This document shows, one piece after another, positions 16,975 through 25,112 of a stretch of 32,000 bases of DNA; positions within the stretch are counted from its first letter, which is position 1, and the number at the start of each line of letters is the position of its first letter. The notes beneath the pieces are model-generated. The model was not told the origin of the DNA, ran no database searches, and saw only the letters and a list, made by a program, of their open reading frames with translations. Origin of the DNA: Okeania sp. SIO1I7 (lineage in GTDB: Bacteria; Cyanobacteriota; Cyanobacteriia; Cyanobacteriales; Microcoleaceae); NCBI RefSeq assembly GCF_010672585.1, contig NZ_JAAHGF010000042.1; one strand, given 5' to 3'. A program made the translations under genes and the position numbers.

Positions 16975-17152
16975 CTTTAGCTGTGTCTGCTGTAGCAGCA
17001 GCTATTAGGAGAGCCAGAGCAGGAATGAAAGACCCAGGACGACCTATTGGTTCGTTTATGTTTTTGGGTCCGACTGGAGTTGGTAAAACTGAGTTAGCCA
17101 GAGCTTTAGCAGGATTTTTATTTGACCGGGATGATGCTATTGATACTTCAAT
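16975..17152 (+). pseudogene. clpB: Orphan clpB fragment (NBD2 Walker-A region, ~58 codons)
   Basis: It translates to [54 protein letters not shown]. This aligns with clpB 14095-14270 at roughly 85% nt identity by hand alignment, and almost all differences are synonymous. Confidence 0.85.
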
Positions 17153-17859
17153 CAAGATTAAATCAAAAGAAAGGTCCGTGTTTATATGTCTGCCCTAATA
17201 AATATTTAGTAGAACAAACAGCTCAGGAAGCAGAGAAATTTGGTATTGGATATGTAACTATTGATGATTCTTTACCTGATGAATTTTTAAACTCAGAAAA
17301 AATCCTAATAACTCATGTTCAAAAAGTTTTTAATGGAAAATCAAAGTTTGGTGTAGGTGGTAAATTTCAGAAAGTCAATACAGTTATCTTGGATGACTCA
17401 CACGCTTGTATAGACTCTATAAATGATTCATTTAAAATTAAAGTAAATAATGAACATCAGCTCTATAAAAAACTACTTCAACTAAATGATTATTTTATCT
17501 TTGAGTGTAAAAGTAAAGTTGAAGACTCACGCAAAGAAATAACCAAAACTGAAACAGGTCAGATGAATAATCACTGTGGTTGGTTTGATCAAGAATACAA
17601 TGCAGAACAAGTAAAAAGAATATTAATTATTCCAACAAAAAATGTTTCCCATCAAGGAAACTTTACTCATCATGTTGAGATTATGAGAAAAGGAAAACTC
17701 AAACTTTTGAGAGATAACGTCAAGTCTTTTTTTAAAGAGTTTAAAGATTATCAACTTGATGAAATTAGTGATTATAAGATTCAAGAATGGATTCAAATTC
17801 ATAAGCTAGATGTTGAATCTTTAAAAAGTGAGTATTCTGAGGACTATTATCAAAAATAA
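17153..17859 (+). pseudogene. Remnant of a superfamily-2 helicase/nuclease-type gene (defence-like), N-terminally truncated and internally deleted
   Basis: Motif Ia-like [16 protein letters not shown] and motif II-like VILDDSH are present. No Walker A and no motifs III-VI. The C-terminal part has an IFECK (E-x-K) nuclease-like motif. The ORF opens inside the clpB fragment. Confidence 0.5.
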
Positions 17860-18083
17860 TATAAACGGAAAAAGCAAAGTTATGAAAAACGTGAGACATC
17901 ATAGCCGGATTAGATATCAACTGTTTGTCATGCTTGGTATAAGTAACTATGCAAAATTAATTACACATTCTGGCAATCCTCTATTGCATCAGTACTTTCC
18001 TCAATTAGGAAATTTATTTTGCACGACTACTTACAATACTCAAATCTTGAGTAAAGTTTTAAGATGTAATTTAAATAGAATTG

Positions 18084-18605
18084 CTATATCAACTCATCAA
18101 TATTAATCTTATTAATCTCCCACATCTCCTCTTCTTCCCACATCCACCTACTATCAACTCTATAAACACTACCGTCAAAATCAAACACTGTCGCCGTTGC
18201 CAAAGTCTCAATCCAAACCGTAGCACCACAAGTGTGAGGTTTTTCCGGCCGATAAACAATTCGACAAGGACCGTGAATCTCAATTTCGTGACCTGTAGCT
18301 AAATTCTTGCTGCCCCGTTTTGCAGAAACCACATCAAGATTGGTATTTTCCTCTCTTTGATTGATGCCAATATTAGGGCGATTAAAATGAATAGTATTCT
18401 TTCCACAGTGTTTACGAGAATGCCAACGGGGTTTTGGACCACGTTTTCTGCCGGAGATTCTAGGCATACCTTTGTATAAAGGAATCACCCAAGTCCGACC
18501 ATTAATTTTTCTAGCCCCTTGAATTCGACCTTCTTTGAGCAAAACTCGGACTCGTTGAGCAGAAATACTTAATAGACTTGCTGCTTCAGTAGTGCCAACA
18601 AACAT
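18084..18605 (-). CDS. Helix-turn-helix DNA-binding protein (excisionase/MerR-like N-terminal HTH), function unknown
   Basis: 173 aa. The N-terminus TTEAASLLSISAQRVRVLLKEGRIQGARKINGRTWVIP is a typical HTH_17-like motif. A basic linker GRKRGPKPRW follows. The C-terminal domain is unassigned. Confidence 0.65.
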   Translation of the reverse strand: MFVGTTEAASLLSISAQRVRVLLKEGRIQGARKINGRTWVIPLYKGMPRISGRKRGPKPRWHSRKHCGKNTIHFNRPNIGINQREENTNLDVVSAKRGSKNLATGHEIEIHGPCRIVYRPEKPHTCGATVWIETLATATVFDFDGSVYRVDSRWMWEEEEMWEINKINIDELI

Positions 18606-18688
18606 ATTTTCTTACTATTGCGTATATCAGAATAATACTTTCAACTACAAAAAAAATACACTCCTATAGAAGAAATTTGGGATCTATA

Positions 18689-18786
18689 TTAGGGTTTGCG
18701 TATGGAAAGTCTTTTTGCTCTTTGTAGGAGACAGGAGATAGGAGACAGAATAAATGGGAATGAGTGAGCAGGTAGGAGTAAGAAGT
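18689..18786 (+). repeat. Dispersed repeat with TTAGGGTTTGCG terminus (one end only), family of the 27545-27826 element
   Basis: TTAGGGTTTGCGTATGGAAAGT...GGAGACAGGAGA...AAATGGGAATGAGTGAGCAGGTAGGAGTAAGAA aligns with the rc of 27690-27826 and with 22196-22240. Confidence 0.7.
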
Positions 18787-18844
18787 GTCCCTTGGTTTTT
18801 CTGCCCAACTATGCGCCTAAAATACTAACTTTTTGAGTATAAAG

Positions 18845-19022
18845 AGCTGAAAACCATGCACTTTGAACCTGAACGTCAGCTATATTTACAGTTCTATCTG
18901 AAACTTATCAGGTATTTTTTAGACGACAATTAATTAAGAAAATCACCTAAGAACAACAACTTAAATTTATTGCTTATGAACCTGTATCGGAGGTAGTTCA
19001 ACAATGGATAATATATATAGAT
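18845..19022 (+). pseudogene. xisH: xisH remnant (C-terminal part, frameshift and in-frame stop)
   Basis: The frames read EPERQLYLQ...RYF and LIKKIT*EQQLKFIAYEPVSEVVQQWI. This resembles the XisH C-terminus, which normally overlaps the xisI start as it does here. Confidence 0.5.
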
Positions 19023-19231
19023 ATAGTAAGTTAATTCAAAAACTATTGAAAGAATCTGCTCGCTATAAACCACTCAATCAAATATAATCACAATTTGTTT
19101 TTGATACAGAAAACCATAACTATTAAATTGTAAATATAGGTTAGCAAAATCAATTTATAGTTTATGGATATATTCTACATTTAGATATCAAAGAGGAAAA
19201 TTTTTGGATTAATCAGAATAAAATTGAATAG
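19004..19231 (+). pseudogene. xisI: xisI pseudogene (three in-frame stops, 3' truncated)
   Basis: It translates to MDNIYRYSKLIQKLLKESARYKPLNQI*SQFVFDTENHNY*IVNIG*QNQFIVYGYILHLDIKEENFWINQNKIE*. This is colinear with XisI (MD....YR.LIQKLL.EYA...P......E.IFDTE.DHYQ.VNVGW......YG...H.DIK.GKIWIQ.N). Confidence 0.8.
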
Positions 19232-19582
19232 CCCTACTTTTTATAATATATGTAATTAATATAAATTGTTTATCTTGATTATTTATTGATTTATTGATTT
19301 TTCTTCCTTCTTTACCCTCACTATTGTGGTATGCCTTGATCGCCCTTGATATTAATATTACAACTGCTTAGGTAGTGAAATCCGAATCAGATGTTTGGTG
19401 CAATCCCTGTTTAAAAAAAAGACTCAATAAATCACAATCATTAAATAGTATCGAGCAAGAAATCTAGGAGTAAATGGCCAGAACATTTCTATGATTTTAT
19501 ATTTATCAAGAGAAAACAAACCTGGATAACTACCTAAATGCTCAAGTCAAATTAATTTCCATAGATAAAATACATAAACACG

Positions 19583-21592
19583 ATGAGTACAACACTAGAA
19601 AAAGGTAAGATCAGTATCCATACTGAAAATATCTTCCCAATTATCAAAAAATCTCTCTATACTGACCATGAAATTTTCTTAAGAGAATTAGTTTCTAATG
19701 GTGTAGATGCTATTGCCAAACTTAAAATGGTGGCTCGAACTGGAGAGTATAGTGGTGATGTTACTAATCCAGAAATAGAAATCAAAATAGACAAAGAAAA
19801 TCAAACTCTCTCCATTACTGATAATGGAATTGGGATGACCGCCGATGAAATTAAAAAATACATTAATCAAGTGGCTTTCTCCAGTGCTGAAGAGTTCATT
19901 GAAAAATATAAAGGTGGCGAAGAGGACGCAATTATTGGTCACTTTGGTTTAGGGTTTTACTCCTCCTTCATGGTTGCTAAAAAAGTAGAAATTGATACCC
20001 TTTCCTATCAAGAAGGTGCAGAAGCAATTCATTGGAGTTGTGATGGTTCTCCAGAATTTGAATTATCAGATTCTCCCCGCACAGAAAGAGGTACAACTAT
20101 TACTTTAACTCTCCAAGATGAAGAACAAGAATATCTGGAAACTACTCGCATTAAACAGTTGATTAAAACCTACTGTGATTTTATGCCAGTAGCAATAAAA
20201 TTTGAAGATGAAGTAGTTAATAAACACAAAGCAATCTGGCGAGAATCTACTCAAAATGTTACTCAAGAAGACTACCTAGAACTATATCGTCATCTTTATC
20301 CTTTCCAAGAAGAACCTCTATTATGGGTGCATCTCAATACTGACTATCCTTTTATTGTTAATGGAATTCTTTATTTTCCTAAATTAAAGCCAGATGTAGA
20401 TGTTACCCAAGGTAATATAAAACTATTCTGTAATCAAGTATTTGTCACCGATCATTGTGAAGAAATTATTCCTAAATTTTTAATGCCTTTACGAGGAGTA
20501 ATTGATAGTACAGATATTCCTCTCAACGTCTCTCGTAGTTCCCTATTAAGTAATAGAACTGTCAGAAGAATCGCCGATTATATAGCCAAAAAAGTAGGCG
20601 ATCGCCTGAAAGAAATTTATCGCGATGAAAAAGATAAATATATCAGTTGTTGGCAAGATGTAGGTACATTTGTTAAGTTTGGTGCCTTAAATGACGATAA
20701 GTTTAAAAAGCAAGTAGAAGATATAATAATTTTCCGCACTACAGCCAAACTTAACCAAACTGAAATAACTGAAACTGAAGCCAAACCAGCAGTAGAGGTA
20801 CAAGTAGAAGGAGAAGATGTTTGGCAAGAAGTAACTCCAGAAAATTCTGAAGCTAAAAACACTGATGAACAAGGTTTTTATTACACCACTCTCAAAGAAT
20901 ATTTAGAACGTAATAAAGAACGCCATGAAAACCGAGTCTATTATTGTACTGAACCTGCATCTCAAGCAACTTATGTAGAGCTGCATAAAAATCAAGGTTT
21001 AGAAGTTTTATTTCTTGACTCTTTCATCGATACCCACTTTATTAGTTTTCTAGAAAGAGAATATCAAGATGTTAAATTCTCTAGAGTAGATTCTGATTTA
21101 GATGAGACATTAATCGACAAGGAAAATCAATCAGAAATAGTCGATCCAGCTACCAATAAAACTCGCAGCGAACAAATTAAAGAACTATTTGAAAAAGCGC
21201 TGAATAAACCCAAAATAAACGTTAAAGCTCAAGCATTAAAATCAGAAGATGCCAAAACCACCCCACCAGCAATGGTATTGTTGCCAGAAGCTATGCGACG
21301 CTTAAGGGATATGACTGCTATGTTGCAGCAGGAAAAATCAGAATTTCCAGAAGACCACGTTTTAGTGGTAAATACAGCTCACCCACTGATTCAGAATCTG
21401 GCCAATCTTAGTCAAGGTAGTATTATTCAGGGTAGTGGAGAATCTCCTTCAGCAGAATTGGCCAAACAAATCTGTCATCATGTTTATGATTTAGCTTTAA
21501 TGGCACAAAAAGGTTTTGATGCTGAGGGTATGAAAGAATTTGTCGAAAGGTCTAATCAGGTCTTGACTCAGTTAACTGAAAAAGTAATTTGA
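19583..21592 (+). CDS. htpG: Molecular chaperone HtpG (Hsp90)
   Basis: 669 aa. GHKL ATPase N-domain motifs are present: IFLRELVSNGVDA, ITDNGIGMT and IGHFGLGFYS. The middle and C-terminal domains are colinear with HtpG. Confidence 0.95.
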   Translation: MSTTLEKGKISIHTENIFPIIKKSLYTDHEIFLRELVSNGVDAIAKLKMVARTGEYSGDVTNPEIEIKIDKENQTLSITDNGIGMTADEIKKYINQVAFSSAEEFIEKYKGGEEDAIIGHFGLGFYSSFMVAKKVEIDTLSYQEGAEAIHWSCDGSPEFELSDSPRTERGTTITLTLQDEEQEYLETTRIKQLIKTYCDFMPVAIKFEDEVVNKHKAIWRESTQNVTQEDYLELYRHLYPFQEEPLLWVHLNTDYPFIVNGILYFPKLKPDVDVTQGNIKLFCNQVFVTDHCEEIIPKFLMPLRGVIDSTDIPLNVSRSSLLSNRTVRRIADYIAKKVGDRLKEIYRDEKDKYISCWQDVGTFVKFGALNDDKFKKQVEDIIIFRTTAKLNQTEITETEAKPAVEVQVEGEDVWQEVTPENSEAKNTDEQGFYYTTLKEYLERNKERHENRVYYCTEPASQATYVELHKNQGLEVLFLDSFIDTHFISFLEREYQDVKFSRVDSDLDETLIDKENQSEIVDPATNKTRSEQIKELFEKALNKPKINVKAQALKSEDAKTTPPAMVLLPEAMRRLRDMTAMLQQEKSEFPEDHVLVVNTAHPLIQNLANLSQGSIIQGSGESPSAELAKQICHHVYDLALMAQKGFDAEGMKEFVERSNQVLTQLTEKVI

Positions 21593-21604
21593 TCGAATTA
21601 AGTT

Positions 21605-21749
21605 GGAGGAAGAAGGTTGATTAATTTTAGGGAAGCGCTGATAACGCAGTTCCGAGCATAGGAGACTAGCTGACCACTAAATGCTTACACTTTTTTTACT
21701 TTTAACTTTGGCAAAGTAGCTGATTTTAATCAACTCTTACTTCTTCCTT
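21605..21749. repeat. MITE-like inverted-repeat element (~145 bp)
   Basis: Left arm GGAGGAAGAAGGTTGATTAATTTT (21605-21628) pairs with right arm ATTTTAATCAAC-TCTTAC-TTCTTCC (21723-21747), with a 5-6 nt indel. Confidence 0.5.
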
Positions 21750-21892
21750 TCTGTAACAGAAATTGACAGAAGTCCTCATCTAAAAAAGTCTGATTTTTAG
21801 AGGGGATAAGCTGTTTCAAATTTGAATTAATTTTGTACAGATACTTAGCTATATAATAAATAGGTTGTAAAAAAAATCTAGGTAGACAAATC

Positions 21893-22129
21893 ATGGGTCG
21901 TAAATGTCAATTGACTGGAAAGAAAGCTAATAATGGCTATGCAGTTTCCCACTCCCATATCCGCACCCACAAGTTGCAGCAAGCAAATCTCCAATGGAAG
22001 AGAGTTTGGTGGCCTCAAGGTAATCGTTGGGTGAAACTGCGACTATCGACTAAAGCAATTAAAACTTTAGAAAACAAAGGTGTACAAGCTATGGCTAAGG
22101 CCGCTGGCATTAACTTGAATAAGTGCTGA
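21893..22129 (+). CDS. rpmB: 50S ribosomal protein L28
   Basis: 78 aa. [37 protein letters not shown] is the L28 signature. Confidence 0.93.
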   Translation: MGRKCQLTGKKANNGYAVSHSHIRTHKLQQANLQWKRVWWPQGNRWVKLRLSTKAIKTLENKGVQAMAKAAGINLNKC

Positions 22130-22157
22130 TATATTTTTCTTTATACTCCTCTTATTT

Positions 22158-22198
22158 AGCTCTGTTCTCATCAATTGTAGGACAGGGCTATTTATTTA
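22158..22198 (+). terminator. Rho-independent terminator candidate for rpmB
   Basis: 10-bp stem AGCTCTGTTC (22158-22167) / GGACAGGGCT (22180-22189) including 2 G-U pairs, followed by ATTTATTT. Confidence 0.5.
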
Positions 22199-22470
22199 GG
22201 GTTTGCGTATGGAAAGTATGAGTGGTAGGGGTAGGAGTCAACCCACCCGCAGGCCCCTCCCCTCCTGCAGGGTCTATTTATTGTCACGCGAGCGAAAAAT
22301 TTATGGGGGGATGGGAACCTACCCCTAGCCCCTCCCAGGAGGGGAATGTGGGGGGATGGCCAGATGGGAGATGGAGATATTTGTATATTTGCACAATTAA
22401 ATGTACTTCATATTAATATTCTCCCCAGGCAATGAATTAGCCCTGCTCCCCTCCTGGGAGGGGAAGGACA
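22196..22470. repeat. Repeat cluster: TTAGGGTTTGCG-family fragment plus three GC-rich palindromic units
   Basis: 22196-22240 matches 18689-18730. The units CAACCCACCC...CCCCTCCCCTCC, CCTACCCCTAGCCCCTCCCAGGAGGGGAA and CTCCCCTCCTGGGAGGGGAAGG belong to the 5721/11927 family. Confidence 0.75.
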
Positions 22471-23681
22471 GAGTCAGGAGAAACGGGGAATTTATAGAAG
22501 GTAGGAGTAAGAGTTGCTGCTCTATAAAACTGATACAAAGCGTCACATAATGTGACAAATTGATGTGTACGGACGCCCTTATGCAACGTCCCTACCTGCT
22601 TCTTGTGAGGCCGTCGGCGGTTACTCATCCACAGGCATTCACGGTCGAGCCGACCGCATCTGTTGAGTCATGACCTACATTTAAGTCTTTGTCAATCAAC
22701 ATCAGAAAAAATCCTCAAACCCTGAGTGCGCCGTTTTAGCCTAGGGAGCGGGATTTCTTGTGAAGTCTATGTCTATATAGATAGACTGCCAGAAATGTTT
22801 AAGTCGCGATTAGTGCAGAAGATACAAAACGTCACGATCGTTACTACTTGCGTGTGAGAACTAGTGTATTATATCGCGCTCCGTATCGCAAATTGTTAAC
22901 TAAGTCGAAATTCCTCAATTTTTCTGTCCTTAGTTTTGCCTTTTATGCTAACTTTTTGAGGGTTTTATACCAATTTGATAAATATTTGTTACAAATGGTA
23001 GAAGTAAGAAAGAAGGAAGAAGAGGTAAATATTGAAAAAAATGGAAAAAAGATAGAGATAACTATCTTAAATGAACTGGAGCAGCTATTTTTAAGCATAT
23101 CCGATCAATATCTACCTTTTTGTAGCATTCTTTTTTCAAATCGGTATTAGACTAAAAGAAGCGCATTTTTTGGGAATACAAAAATGCTCAAAGCTTTATC
23201 TGTAAATAGTTTTAGCATTAATCAGCAAGCCCTATTTATTTTTTTCTAATTTTTTCCGGATTCTTTTTGATCGAGCTGTATTAGTTAATTTAATGGCTTT
23301 GTTTAAGCCTACGAATAATAAAATTTTCAGCCAGGAGGTATAAATATTAAAGAGTGATTACTGCTAAGGATTTCCAATTTTTGTATTCATGGCAAAAAAG
23401 CTCTCAAGAGGATTAAGTTTATAGAAGTCTATTGAAATTGACTTCCACGATGCAGCCCTAAACATCATTTCTGGATAGTTTTGGGAAATTTTTCTTTGTC
23501 TATTGTCTTATCCACCTCTGAAATTTTTACTGGTGTACTTTATTTGTATAAACAACCTCTAAGTCCTGATTTTTTCCTAGAAAATTTGGTAATGCATTAG
23601 TAAGTTACGAAAAAATACTGTTGCCGAATCACGAAAATATTGAGTATATTTTACATAGCTAGGGTGAAAAAAAAGTAAATT

Positions 23682-24698
23682 ATGATCACTAACTTTACTA
23701 TCGCAATTCCTACTTATAACGGAGCTGAACGATTACCATTAGTGCTAGACAAATTACGTTCTCAAATCGGAGTAGAAAGACTATCTTGGGAAATTATTGT
23801 TGTAGACAATAGCAGCACAGATAATACGAAAAAAGTTGTTATAGAATATCAAAATAAATGGCATCAGCAAATTAGATTAAGATACTGTTATGAAGCAAAA
23901 CAAGGTGCAGGATTCGCCCGAAAAAAAGCAGTAGAATTAGCCAATTCTCCTTTAATTGGTTTCCTTGATGATGATAATATTCCAGCACAGAATTGGGTGG
24001 CAGCAGCTTATGAATTTGCTCAAAAATATCCAAAAGCAGGTGCTTATGCGAGTCAAATTCATGGCGATTTTGCTGGAGAACTACCACCTGATTTTGAGCG
24101 AATTAAATCATTTTTTGCCATTACTGAAAAAGGAGACGAACCATTATTATATCAACCTTTAATGAAGGTAATACCTCCTTCTGCTGGATTAGTAGTTCGT
24201 CGGGAAGCATGGTTAAAGAGTGTTCCAGAACAATGTATATTAAGTGGTAGAGTACCGGGTTCAATGTTAACTGCTGAAGATACGGAAACTATTAGTTATA
24301 TTCAACAAGCAGGCTGGGAAATTTGGTATAACCCAGCAATGGAAGTAATCCACAAAATTCCTCAACACCGAACACAAAAAGATTATCTAATTAAATTTTT
24401 CCGTGGTATTGGTTTGAGTCGTTATGTTACTCGAATGTTAGGAGTTAAACCATGGTTAAAACCATTGGCTTTGTTAGCTTATACGGCAAATGATACTCGG
24501 AAAATTATCCGCCATTTACTTAAATATAATCTAAAGTTACGAACAGATGTAGTAGCAGCTTGTGAATTGGAATTATATATCAATAGCTTGAAAAGTCCTT
24601 TCTATTTGTGGAAGAATGGCTATTTGAATAAAGTTGAAACAGACTATACTTCAGTAGTAAAATCTCAAGTAAGTTTCGGTGGGATTGATTGTCGTTGA
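23682..24698 (+). CDS. hpsE: Family 2 glycosyltransferase, HpsE-like (hormogonium polysaccharide biosynthesis type)
   Basis: 338 aa. The N-terminus is the GT2 motif FTIAIPTYNGAERLP.VL..L..Q, followed by VVDNSSTDNT and the DxD motif FLDDDN. The C-terminal GWEIWYNPAMEV.HKIP...FFRGIGLSR..., VAACELEL and SPFYLWKNGYLN are recalled from HpsE proteins. Confidence 0.8.
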   Translation: MITNFTIAIPTYNGAERLPLVLDKLRSQIGVERLSWEIIVVDNSSTDNTKKVVIEYQNKWHQQIRLRYCYEAKQGAGFARKKAVELANSPLIGFLDDDNIPAQNWVAAAYEFAQKYPKAGAYASQIHGDFAGELPPDFERIKSFFAITEKGDEPLLYQPLMKVIPPSAGLVVRREAWLKSVPEQCILSGRVPGSMLTAEDTETISYIQQAGWEIWYNPAMEVIHKIPQHRTQKDYLIKFFRGIGLSRYVTRMLGVKPWLKPLALLAYTANDTRKIIRHLLKYNLKLRTDVVAACELELYINSLKSPFYLWKNGYLNKVETDYTSVVKSQVSFGGIDCR

Positions 24699-24800
24699 TA
24701 TCCTCCCTGGCCTAAAGGCACGGGGATTCCTAGGGAGCGTGAGCTTCCTAGGTGGGTTGACGTTTTGCTGGTTCAGAACTTCCGCTAACACAGGCTGCTA
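24695..24800 (-). mobile_element. Solo IS200/IS605 right-end remnant (tnpB 3' tail + omegaRNA-type terminus) fused to the GT2 gene
   Basis: The minus strand reads ...CCTAGGAATCCCCGTGCCTTTAGGCCAGGGAGGATATCAA. Its terminal TCAA is the rc of 24695-24698, which contains the GT2 stop codon TGA (24696-24698). Confidence 0.65.
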
Positions 24801-25112
24801 CACCCACCCCTCTTGCTCCCCTCCCGGGAGTAGATGGGGGTGGGTTATGATTCTTGACCATGTTTTTTATTGCCAAATCCTCACCTACTATCGTTCGGTT
24901 TTCTGTAATTAGTTGAAAGGAAAAGCAGTTTGTAGATGCCTCAAGCCTTGTTGTAGTAATGGGACACTACTAAAACAAATTTAGATGTTCCTTTTGACTC
25001 CCATGTACTTTTCTCGGTTATATTGACTACTACAAATTAGCAATGTCATAATTTTATAAATATCAACAACAATTAAATTGGGATGTGGTAGTAAAAACCG
25101 GTAAACAGCTAT

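Noticed and set aside
16964-17155. 63-aa minus-strand ORF
   Set aside because: It is an antisense shadow of the clpB fragment. The same artefact appears opposite the real clpB at 14064-14258.
17828-18302. ORFs 17828-18106 (+), 18081-18302 (+) and 18089-18283 (-)
   Set aside because: These are AT-rich low-complexity reads. Two of them overlap the better-supported HTH gene on the opposite strand or in another frame.
22222-22416. 64-aa ORF (MVGVGVNPPAGPSPPAG...)
   Set aside because: It is composed entirely of the GC-rich palindromic repeat units.
22590-22612. Yfr1-like sRNA core (minus-strand CCUCACAAG between stem-loops)
   Set aside because: It matches only 7 nt of the ACUCCUCACAC core as I recall it, and no U-tract terminator follows.
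22848-23150. 100-aa ORF in the long leader region
   Set aside because: It has a TTG start without SD, and its composition is AT-driven Lys/Glu/Phe/Leu. No motif was found. It is not excluded as a small protein but is unsupported.
23255-23284. Heterocyst-type DIF motif TCCGGA upstream of the GT2 gene
   Set aside because: The only -10 candidate at proper spacing is TATTAG, which does not fit TANNNT. The site is about 420 nt from the ATG. Not excluded, but too weak to call.
22728-23680. Group II intron 5' end (GTGCGCC at 22728)
   Set aside because: No domain V-like hairpin, no reverse-transcriptase ORF and no plausible 3' boundary in the following ~950 nt.
24679-24912. 77-aa ORF after the GT2 gene
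   Set aside because: It reads through the antisense of the solo IS right-end remnant and a palindromic repeat.
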